Source of the DNA: Raillietiella orientalis
Taxonomy: Eukaryota
Length of the DNA: 64,000 nt
Assembly (NCBI GenBank): GCA_036172245.1
Contig: JAYWIR010000027.1
Span: 2,170,001 to 2,234,000, forward strand
Reading direction: 5' to 3'
Shown piece by piece: positions 1-10,400 of this stretch; the first letter of the stretch is position 1; every line of letters begins with the position of its first letter. The position numbers and the translations under genes are program-made. The notes under the pieces are model-generated. The model searched no databases. It was not told where the DNA came from and saw only the letters and a list, made by a program, of their open reading frames with translations.

Positions 1-799
1 AAGTATAACCTGTTGGGCATGAACGTTAGAAGAAGTGACTATACGTTTGCTTGAACTGCGGTAGTCACCCCTGCGAAAGATTGCAAATGTTTGTTGCGGG
101 AGGACTGCGTTTTCTGCACCTCCGTAACTCCATGTACGTGCAATAAATGTTACTGCAATCGATAGAATTCAGCCCCAGTTCCACATTGTCCAAGGTGGGA
201 AACATGCTTGCTCGTTTGAAAAGAATGCTGATAGATTACTCAAGGATGGGAAGAGAGAGAATCTGCTCGAAAGACCCGAGTTGCGCCACGCAAAATCATG
301 TGAATTGGAAATCCTGCTTTCGAGTACGAACCGGTGGCAAGGCAGTCGCTTTGCAGCGATTTCGGGTGCTGGTCCTCAAAGTAGGTTAGGCGCGTTTTTC
401 CGTATGCACCCAGAGCTACGATTTTCTATCCTCGTCCGATGTCTTACTTGATTAGATCCTGGCTCATAGCACACTATCGATCTCGTCTCCTTGGCCACTC
501 ATTTCCTGAAGCCCATCCGTGTAGCCGTCACATTTGGCAGCTGATTCGGAACTCGTTTGTTGAAGAAAAGGCATTGAAAGTGTGAAATTCGCCCTTTGAG
601 TATTTTTCGGCGGAGATATTATTTGTAATGTACCAAGGTACCAAGAATTTGCTGGAATCTCAGATTCTTTAGCACCGAAGCAATCAGATCGTGCTCCTGA
701 AGTTTGATTGGCAGCAATTCCAGCAGATCCCGTCCTCACCGTGTCTCGTTCTCTTCAGGACGTTTCTGAAAGACTTTTCGCTGTTGTTGTCAGTGCTCT

Positions 800-1400
800 G
801 GTATTTACGGAATATCAGCGTTAATGGGCAACAGTCGCACGGTCTGGATTTTCGACACCTGCCTATGCCTGTTTCCTGCGAAGAGGAAGTTTTTTCGTGC
901 TGCCTCCTGCGAAGCGGACTCGGATCACAACACCCACACGCACGCATCTATACTCGCACGCTGCTCTCTTCGGTTCGGTTTCCCGGATGCCTTTAGAAGG
1001 AAAGCGATATCGACTCTTCCCAAATCTAAGAGTTTCGTTCAGGGAGTTGTTTGGTTGCGATCGGTACGTCCTAAACCTTTCACCGGAGAAGGCCGTGCAA
1101 CTCGCTTGTTCGGCACCTCGAAGGTGAGCCTAGATCTTCATGTTCCGTGGTATACCGATGATGAACATCTCTTGCGTCATGACGAATACTCGGTGAGGAT
1201 GAGCGAGCCGTGATCCTGTGTCGGAACATTGCGTGAGCACAGCCTCTCAGGAATCGCAAGACGCTACTTTCGCGTGTTTGCGGCCCATCCTTTGCTTCTA
1301 TTTGGCTCATCCTTCCAAAACACGCAAGAGCATGGCAGTGGCTCGACCGGCTAGCCGCATTCCTCGTCATGCTTACGGGAAGCCCAACTTACTTGTTGAA
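800..1400 (+). mobile_element. Possible RT relic in a TMEM201 intron
   Basis: LDFR 844, VQG ~1037, YTDD 1151, FYLA ~1296 in RT motif order; weak. Confidence 0.3.
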
Positions 1401-1543
1401 TGCGTAAATCTTACCCAGCCTCTCGGAATCAGAAAGGAAAGCAACTGCTTGTCGTCGTTTCGAAAAACTAAAAACAAGCACAATGTTTTCTGTGCCTTGC
1501 TGATGTCATCCTTCACGTTTTTAACCTGATGATTCCCTGCTAG

Positions 1544-4087
1544 GATGGAGACTACAATCAACCTATTCCAGAACAGTACACTGAAACGTGCAATGGCGTC
1601 ACCTGGATGACATCGACGAAACGTCCTTATGATCATGAAAAGGAAAATTTTTGCAAGAGTTGTAGTTACAATCAGTATCTGAAGATCAAGCAGCTCGCCG
1701 ATTTTGTGCCAATATGCGAGGACAATTTTGATACGGAAGTTCACCAGTTTAGGTAAGTTTTCCTAGCATGAAAGGAGAGGGAAAGGGGGAATAAGAGCAG
1801 AATGAGCAGAACGCAAATGCGAGACGTTCCCATTTCTGATCTTGCACTTCCTCTTGCTCTGCGCTTCTGTGGAAACGTGATCGTCGAGGTCCTATTCCTC
1901 AGAACGAGGAGCCCCTCGTTCTCCGAATTTACAAACCTCTCTATCCGAGCGCGACTGTTTTACGTAAAACTGTTACGTTAAGTTCTTCAGTGATGCAACG
2001 CAAGGCGATTTGAGGTTTGTTCGCCCCACCGTTCAGAAGGCTTCGCGAGCAATGCGTCTTCACCCTCATCCGTCCTCGAGTCCAACCGAATGGACACCAA
2101 CGAGCAGTATCGCTTTCCTCGCCAATTTCTCTTTGCGATTTCGCAGCCGCGTACGTTCATCCCTGCGCGTTTTCTGCTTGCTTCCGTTCTGACAATCTTC
2201 ACCCACGAACTTCTCTGTGACGTCGGTCCATTTGCGAAGCTGCGTCCCCTCTTACTGTGCCATGGTGGCGAGTCAAACGGCTCTTCCCGTGTTGCGCCCA
2301 CATTCTCCTGCGGATCTAACGGGAGAGTACTCCTGGAGCGTGCCCAAATGGTGTTACCGCTCGTGGTTCTTCTCTGGTGCGGTCCGGCAGCGGAGAGATC
2401 ATTTTCTCTCTCTCTCTCTCTTCACGTGTGCAACGGGGTGAAACGGGACAAGACACTAGAAAGTACCGGCTTCCGTGCACACGGTGAACGACGCCAAGGG
2501 GGACCGTAGGAAAGAAGTGAGAGCGGCACGTTGCGTGCCCGTGCAAGGAGTTGCCGTTCCTTGCACCATCCTTTTGCGGTCGCACTGGGCTCGTTCCGCT
2601 CTGAGGCTTTCGTCGGGATTCAACGGGGCTTTCCCCTGCTTGCGAGCGAGGGTGCGCAGCTTGCTCCTCGTTTGATCTGCTTGCTATTTGTTTGGATCAG
2701 CCGATCTTTCATTCTTTCGGGAAGATTCGCATGCTCTTAGTCTTTTTTTAGTACTCCAAACACGAATTGATGATATTTTGCTGATATTCTTCACCCAGAC
2801 AGAAATTGGAACATGTGTACAAGCTGTGCAGAAACTGCGACAAGATGGTCGCTGATCACCTGAAGAAGCAGGACCACCTGTTGCAGCATAAGCATCACGC
2901 GTGGGTAAATGACGTTGATTCGATTTCGGTGGGCAGCGCTCCTGAGCAACGCGCCACAGTAAGCGGGATGGAAGTTCCCGGAGAGAGAGAGGATCGAGTA
3001 ACTTTTGTTTCTCCTCGATAGGTGACTCTTACGGAAAAGCAATCGCTGGGAACGTTGCTTACTCTGAACATATTGCGCCAAGTGTTGGTTTTCGTAGCTT
3101 TCATCATTTGCCTCCTGCATATGCACTACTTGGACTTTCCCGTGCTTACCTACATGCAGGTCGATTTCTACTTGAATCAGAAATTCCTCCTGATGCTTCC
3201 AATTCTGGAAAAGCAAACCGTTCACCTGGTGCTTTTTTGCACCGTGCTGCACTCGTCCATAATTTTGCTAATGGGAAAAGAGAAGGCTGTTTTGCCTGAT
3301 GCCATAACGGTGTTTCTGTGGGTAGGCAGCCTTTTGTTGCATTCGTACGTCATATACCTGCCGCACAAAAACATGCATTTGCACGAAGCCATTATTTCCA
3401 TTCTGTGCCTAAGCAGCAGCATAGCATGCCTAGGACTTTGCAGGACCGCACGCGGTAACCGACAGGTGGAAGTCGTGCTGGATTTGTCAAGGTACGAAAA
3501 CGCCTGCAAAAGCAGAGAAAAAGATTGCCTTTTTTCCCAGACACAGTTCGAGCTCATCTTCCTGCTCCGCAACAGATGCAAGCAGCGCTACCGAATCCTT
3601 GCATGACCACAAGTGCTATTCCGGAGACGAACTCAAAGACTTGAACCTGGCATTCGATATCCTGAAAATCGGATCTCCGCGTACTTTGCACTCTAGTTAT
3701 CCCAAGTCAGTTCTCAGTGTGAATTCGTGCCCCGACTGGGACAGGCAGATATCTGTACTGCGCCCTCCCCAGTTAAAGCTGACTGCATTTCCGGCTCCCA
3801 TGCAAGACAGGTGCTGGACCACGCCGGTCTCCAACATGTGTGAGACCGGGCTGTTCCCTTTATCGCGTTCCTCTAGCCAGAGTTCGGGTTTCGTGTCCCA
3901 CGGAGGTAGCGTAGACTACTCGGATGAATCGGAAAGGGTCTCAGTTGCCTCCGAACCTCTCTCAAGGACACCACGAACTCGAAGCAAAGATTGCTGCTGT
4001 TTGTCTAATGCTGGTGCATCGGCGCATCGGTATTATTCTTACAAAAAAAGTCCCAGCACAAGCATCGAGAGTTTTCTCCACGTTTAA
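1544..4087 (+). CDS. TMEM201: TMEM201/Samp1 (Ima1-family inner nuclear membrane protein), 5'-partial; exons 1544-1752, 2799-2958, 3022-3491, 3541-4087
   Basis: Spliced translation DGDYNQPIPEQY...FCKSCSYNQYLKIKQLADF...HQF-R-QKLEHVYKLCRNC matches the Ima1 N-terminal zinc-finger region (recalled vertebrate GDYNKPIPAQY...KIKQLA...LEQMYKLC). Hydrophobic TM segments in 3022-3491 and SRSSSQSSGF in the last exon follow. All junctions are GT-AG and phase-compatible. The first CxxC exon was not found in the window; the stop position is less certain. Confidence 0.85.
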
Positions 4088-4175
4088 TCCCCGAAGCTAT
4101 CCTTTCTGATCCTTGCTCACTGCCACAGCAACAAAAGAGTGACTGACCAACCCAAGTTTGCAATAAAAACCGAAT

Positions 4176-6388
4176 TTATTTTGCTATCTTTGTTTTGGCT
4201 CGTTTTCCAACAGGCTCTCCGCTGCTGTGCAGGACCGATGGGAAATCTTGGCAGATATCCACATTCTGAGTGCTTTGTTAACTTTGCAACGAGGAGAAAG
4301 AAAAGGAAAAGGAAAAATGAAAAAGAAAGAAGGAAGGAAAAAAAACATGCTCGGTATACTGCTCACCTCAGGGGGTAATAAACGGTCAAGTAGGTACAAC
4401 ACGGCATGAATCAGGACCAAGATCAACACGAACACTTTGTTGTTTGCCGTTCCCAGTTTGAAGCAGTGCTGTATTTGGTCTGTCAAGCACAGAGGTGCAT
4501 CTTTGCTGACAAGATCATACACAACTTCCGTACGCTGGGCCACATCCTGCCAGCTGTACATGTGCTGAATGCGTCTGTGTGCTTCCTCTGGAGACAAAAT
4601 GCTTCCCCTTTGCTTTGCTGTTATGGCACGGTCCAAAGCTTCCAGCACGCCTGCTTCATCTTACAGCAGTTGCTCACATAATCATCACACATGGTACCTG
4701 AGACACTGGGATCGGCTAACCAGATCATTTCTGGGGGAAGCACTTCAGGGACGCCTCCAACCCGTGTGCTTACCACCTGCAAGCTAGCTTTGCATGCAAG
4801 TAACAACAACAGGAATTTAGTGCTTCCATACTGACCCACAGGCAGCTGCCTCCAAAAGAGCAATGCAAAAGGCTTCCGTCAAAGAAGTGTTAAGGAAAAT
4901 ATCTCCTTTCACCAAAACGTTTCTCACTTCCGATGCACTTAATGTCCCCAACATCTGAATCCTTTCTTGCAGTTCAAATACCTCTCTAACTTGCTCTAAG
5001 AGAACCCTCTTGGGACCATCACCTCCTATGATGAACTGGACATCAGGATACTTGGAACAAAGAACAGGAATCACCGCAACCAACAGATCAATCCCTTTGC
5101 GATACACAAGGCGGCTGACAACAACGATAGTTGCTGAACAGACACCATTGCAGACAATCCAAAGAATCAACGAGGCATCGCATTACTTTTTCCAGGTTCT
5201 CTTTGGGATGGATCGGGGGTGAAAACCATGGGGTCCACTGCATTTGGTATGACAGACACGCGATCACTCTGCACATGAGCACGTAAAACTGTATTGGCCT
5301 TCCTGAGGATGGACAGCTCTCTCAGGAAACCACACAACCTGCACCCACCGCAGGCACCTTACCCTACATAAGACACACAGATGCAATGATTGCAATCGGC
5401 CAGCAGCATTTGCAGCAGATTGTTGGTGATGATGGCAGATGAATCAGCAAATCCGGCAAGAGAATGATCTGTCAGGACGCTCTTTAGACGCATTGCCCTG
5501 GCATGAACCATAGCTTCATGTGCCAGAATCGAGAATGCAGAGTGCCCGTGCACCACGGTGATTCTCTCTCTCAAGAAGATATTTCTAAACATAGTTCAAA
5601 GGGCAGCTTATCATCTTTTGGAATCCGAATCCAACCTCAGCAGAGGGAGACTGCAAACGGCTGTGGGGAAAATGCATTCTTCATACATCACAGGCAGCGG
5701 CAGGTAGTAGACCTTACAGAGAAAAAAGAAAAGAAAATGGGATGGATGGCTGGGGCAAGGGGGTGGGGGGGAGGGGGTACAAGGCATGGTTCGTGCCGAT
5801 GCTGTACTTGGAAGCATTTCTAACCTTTAATCCACTGGTCATGTACCGGATGCCGATTCTGTCCCCATACGCATGCGTGACCACGATCACCTTGTGGCCC
5901 CTCTGCATCAAACATTGCGATAACTGATATATGTGCGATTCCACGCCGCCTGTTTTTGGATAAAAAAAATCTGAAACCATACTACTGTTGCTCAGCATCG
6001 CGTAAGGATTTTCGTTTACGCAAACACATTTTTGTTTGTTTGTTTGTGCGGTTTTCAGCGACACACGCTCACCGATTCGAAGCGGCACGGGCGGGATTTT
6101 CCACGTGCATCGTTCCACGCAAGAGAGAGAAGGGGGGGGGGGGAGATCCGACCACCTGCCCGGCCTCAGCCACGGCTCTCGAGTGGTGGTCTCGGCAAAC
6201 AAACACCCGGCGAGGTGTGCGAGCCGGAAAGGGGGGGGAGGGGGAAAAGGAAAAAAGAAATCGCGCCAAACCTCTTTCGGCCGAACCGCGGGCGCTACAC
6301 ACGAATCGCACACCTTCCAAACTGCGTACCATATCCTGTGGGAATCTCCTCCTCCTTTCCTCCTTTCCTCACGGGATTTCACTGCCAT
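4176..6388 (-). CDS. PIGA: GPI-GlcNAc transferase catalytic subunit PIG-A; exons 6388-6330, 5981-5825, 5712-5636, 5584-5363, 5302-5187, 5133-4836, 4783-4698, 4650-4367, 4265-4176
   Basis: Spliced product contains [77 protein letters not shown]...[22 protein letters not shown] and a C-terminal TM segment. All 8 introns are GT-AG and in phase. Confidence 0.95.
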
Positions 6389-6389
6389 G

Positions 6390-7400
6390 GCAGGCCGGCG
6401 GACGCGGCGGCGGCGGCGGCGGCGGCGGCTGCGGCACGTGCGAACGCTTGCGGTCTGGGCGAGCGAGTCCCTTCCTCCGCCTGCGCAACTCGCTCGCTCG
6501 CTCGCTTCCCCCCGGCCCACCGTCGGTCTGGCAGATGGGGCAGCGGCACGGCGGCCACGCGAGCACCTGCCGCCGCCGACGCTTCGCGCCAACCGACGCA
6601 GCAGGATTTCGGCAGGGGCCGCGGCGGCAGCCCCTGCAGCACCCGACTTCAAAGTATTACTCGCGTATTAGGCTGTAAGCGTTTCCGGTATTTTCTGCGC
6701 GCCCGCCCGCGCTGGCTGCTCCCTACGCTGCAGCCCGGCGGCGGCGGCGGCGGCGGCTGTCCTGTCGGCCTGCGCATCCTTCGGAGGAGATCGCGTCCTT
6801 GCAGAAAGGGTCGCCCCCCCGGCGAACGGAGAGTGCGGCGTCTTTGGCGGCAACGCGCCCGCTCTTCTTCCCCGGTCGAACGAATCCGCCAGCAAAGATC
6901 GAGGGCGCAGAGCGCGCGAGCCGTACGCCCTCCGGGGCGGCAGCGACCGCTGCTGCTGCTCGGCTCCCGGCAGCCCGGTCGCACTTCCCGGTAGCGGTCG
7001 GAAGCGCGCGCGCCTTCCTCGACATCGGCCCCGGATAGAGCACGCAAGGCATTCTTCGCTCCGCTGCGGGCGAGCGGGGGAGAGAGCGCACGTGCACGTG
7101 CGCGTGCGCGCGAGGAAGAGACGGCGCACGGGGATAAGAGCTTTCCGGAGGAAGTGCCCGACCGGGCGGCGGCGGCAGACGTTGCCGGGAGGGAGGGTCC
7201 GAGTCGAGAGGGGGGGTGGGGGGTAAGGAAACACGCGCCCCCCCCAGCCTGGCCGGTGCGCGGCGGGGGGGGGGGGAGGGGGGTTCGGCCCGTCGTCGTC
7301 CGAAGGCTGCCGCTCTCGGAAGCATTGGCGCAGCTCCGCCGTGCGTTTGCGGGCCAGCGCGTGAAGGCGGCGGAAGGTCGACTCGGACCTCCCGCGTCCC
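6390..7400. promoter_or_regulatory. CpG-island-like putative PIG-A promoter / 5' region
   Basis: Dense CpG immediately upstream of the ATG, ETS-like cores (CACTTCC 6982, GGAAGTG 7150) and the 18-bp palindrome GCGCACGTGCACGTGCGC (7086-7103) with two E-boxes. The TSS is unknown. Confidence 0.4.
6405..6428. repeat. (CGG)8 trinucleotide repeat 16 nt upstream of the PIG-A ATG
   Basis: Read directly. Further CGG runs occur near 6736 and 11050, and a CAG run near 7455. Confidence 0.9.
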
Positions 7401-10400
7401 TCGGCAGTGGGCGCGCCCGCCCCGGGACGTCGTCGTGAAAGAGGCAGGCAGAGAGCAGCAGCAGCAGCAGCTGGTATGGTGGTAGTGGTGCTGCTGGCAT
7501 GTCTCGCGGGATGGGAAGCTGTTGTCCTTCGCTCCGCGTGCTTCGAGCAAGTCGCGGGTGGGCGGCGGCGGTGGCAGCAGCAGCGGCAGCAGCGGCGCCG
7601 CCGCAGTAGGAGGCTTCCGCTCGCTCTGCCCTTGGCGGCCGTCGCATCGGTGTCCGCTGCGCGAGGGACGCGGTTGCGGCCTCCTCCGCGAAGTCGCGCC
7701 GGCCCCTGCTCGCTGCCTCCTCGTGTCGTCGCTCGGAGTCCTCCTCTTCCTCTTCCTTTCCTTCTCTCCCGCGCCTCGCCCTGCTGCGTTACGTTTGCCG
7801 CCTTCTCCCCCTGCCTTCCTCCCACATCTCCCCGCTTCGCGAGCGCTCACTCCCGAGGTGGCCGCCCGCCGGAGGCGAGTCGGAAGCGGCGTGCACCACC
7901 GTTTCGTTCCGCGGGCAGGTCTTCCCAACGACGGAGGGGGGTCCTGGCCGTCTCTCGAGTACGCCGGCGCGCTTCGGGGCGTGCCAGCCGTCGGGTTGCG
8001 ACGCACTCAGCTGTCCGGGGAGGGGTGGGGTGGTGGAGGGAGAGAGAAGAAAGGAGAGAAGGACACCGGTGATGCTGAAGGGGAGGATTGGCGTCCTACA
8101 CGCTGCACTGCGGGAAGGAGAGTCCATTATGGTTTGGTGCTGTTTTCTGTGTTAGGATGAATATCGGTTTCCAGGAAAGCATGGCAACGTGGTTGTCGGT
8201 GTTTGTGGGTTCAGCGGGCGTGCTGTTCCACCGCAGGGGCGGGTTCTTTTGTTTTTTTTTCTTCCCGTTTGTTGCCCTGGGTGGGGCGTCGCAGATTTCC
8301 GGGGAGGGAGACTGCTGGTGAGCCGGGAATGATTCGCTATCCGCTGTCGTTTCCTGGAAACTGTTCTCGTGCACTTCTCTATCTCGCTTTCCTTTGAGCG
8401 AGGTAGCCACTGGTCGTTTTCCAGATGGAACCATCGGCTTTCTATGGGTTCCTCCCTGCAGTGGTCGCTCTCGAGGGCTTTTATCGTGGTTTCCTGGGAA
8501 GGCTGACTGGTGTCTGTGGGAATTTCAGGCAGGTTTGGTTTGCGGCAGCGAGAAATCGGAGCGCGTCCGCAGTTGCCTGGAGACGAAGCAGGAGGGCGGG
8601 TCGTTTGAACAAGTGTCAGAAATGGACGCAGCTCTCCCTCTTTGATTCTCTTCCTTTTCCTGTCCTCTCGTATTGGAATTGGCAACGAATTCTCCCCGCC
8701 TTTATTTGGAGGACCGCTTGGTAGATGGCATTCGTGCGTAGTAGCTGCAGCGGCGGCCTGATCGTTTTTTCGAGGGAGTGTGGCGAACGCACAGAGACAG
8801 CTGGCTTGGACGTAGGGCCGTCGTCCCTTTGTTGGAGGGGAAGCGAGGGGACAGGAGAATGTGACCACTGCTTGCAGACATGCTTTGAGGGGTGCTTTAT
8901 CTCGGAAATTCCCCGTTCCAGAAGGGAGCATCCCGCGCTCGTTGGTTGAGTCCTTGCTCCTGTGTTGGGTTCAGCATGGCAGTCGCTGGCCGTCTTTCCG
9001 CGGCGTCCCCCTGACGCATTCGTGCTTGCTGTTTGACCTCTGCTTCTCCCCGAATGTTCGTCCAGAGTACTAACGCTGCTCCATTCCGTCAGGTTTCCCA
9101 CTAGCTGTCTGCACCTTCCTGTCTCCGTCCTTTTCTCTGCTGAGCGTCTGCTGGGAGTTGCATTTTCCAGAGACGCCCACGAGTCAGGGCGGGGGTACGA
9201 AGACTCGGTCCTCGTTTCCCTTTTTGCTCTTCGCCTCGCCTTCCTCTGTCCGTCACGTCTGCCGACCACCCTTCATCGACCGACTGTTCCATCGACGGCG
9301 GGCCGGGCGCCGCTCGCGCGGAGAGCGCGGGAGGACATGGGCGGAGAGTTGCTTCTTTATCGGGTGAGGCCGACAACCTCCACGCAGTCTTCCTCCCGTC
9401 TCCAGTCCACAGCAGCGGGAGCAACCAGGTGGTCTTCGCCTTCCACGAGGAACCGTTATACCCGCCAGCATCTCCGCGAGGGAAGGGGAATACAACGGAT
9501 TGTCGGCGTTGCCGCCGGAAGCGCGCGCGAGGGGTGGTGTGCGCGCTCGATCGGGCGCGAGCGCCGGGGCGGAGAGGTCGGCGGGGAGAGCTTCGCTCCC
9601 ATGACCAGCTGGCATCTCGCTCATCCTGCGCGTCCGTGCGGGTGGGACCACCGCCATCTTCACCTGCCCGCCAGCGAGCCGCGTCCTCGATGTTGCACTC
9701 GTCCGCCAGTAGTCGGTCCTTGGCTGCGGCCGACTTCATGCGTGCCTGCGAGCGCGCGTGTGCATCCCCTCCCCCGTGTTGTGCTTTCGAGGCCGCGTTC
9801 CTGGCTGCTTGATTCCCGATTTTCGCTTCGCTCTGTTCTCTTTTTCCTTTCCTTCCCTTTCCCGGCTCGGCCTCGCGCCAACCCGCGTTTCCAGCCCGTG
9901 CTTCCGCCGCCCTCCGCGAGATGGGGTTGAACGGAGTCCCGCAGCCCGCGTTTGCCGTCATAAAGATTGCGTGGAGGAGCGACAAGCACGTGACGGGGTG
10001 AAAGACCTTTTGTTCGTGGAACTCCTGCAATTTGAGTTGGAGGGAAGGAAAAAAACAAGTTTCACGTCGCCATACTTAGATTCGTTATCTTGGTCTCTTG
10101 CCAGATGTGCTTGTGCATACCGAAAGATATGCTTACACGTACACACACGCGACACGTGTTCGTGCAGGCATATGTGCGGAGGACGTATGCACGCACACAC
10201 TCACACGTGGAATAGGTGGTCGCGAAAAACGCGGCGAGGCTCCTCCACGTGGTGCACGCACCCAACTCCGTTCGACTTTATTTGACTGCGCCCCGAAGGA
10301 TCAATAGCGATTATCTCCGTTAATAAGAATTCTGGCAGGCAGCTTTTTCCGTCCTCGTGTGCATGCGGTCGGCGAGTGTCCCCGGGCAAAGAAAGAGCCA

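Noticed and set aside
5714..6652. 312-aa ORF as an N-terminally extended PIG-A
   Set aside because: It starts at TTG and reads through intron 1 (348 nt, in frame) and into intron 2. The spliced model from ATG 6388 restores the HRICMVSDFF motif.
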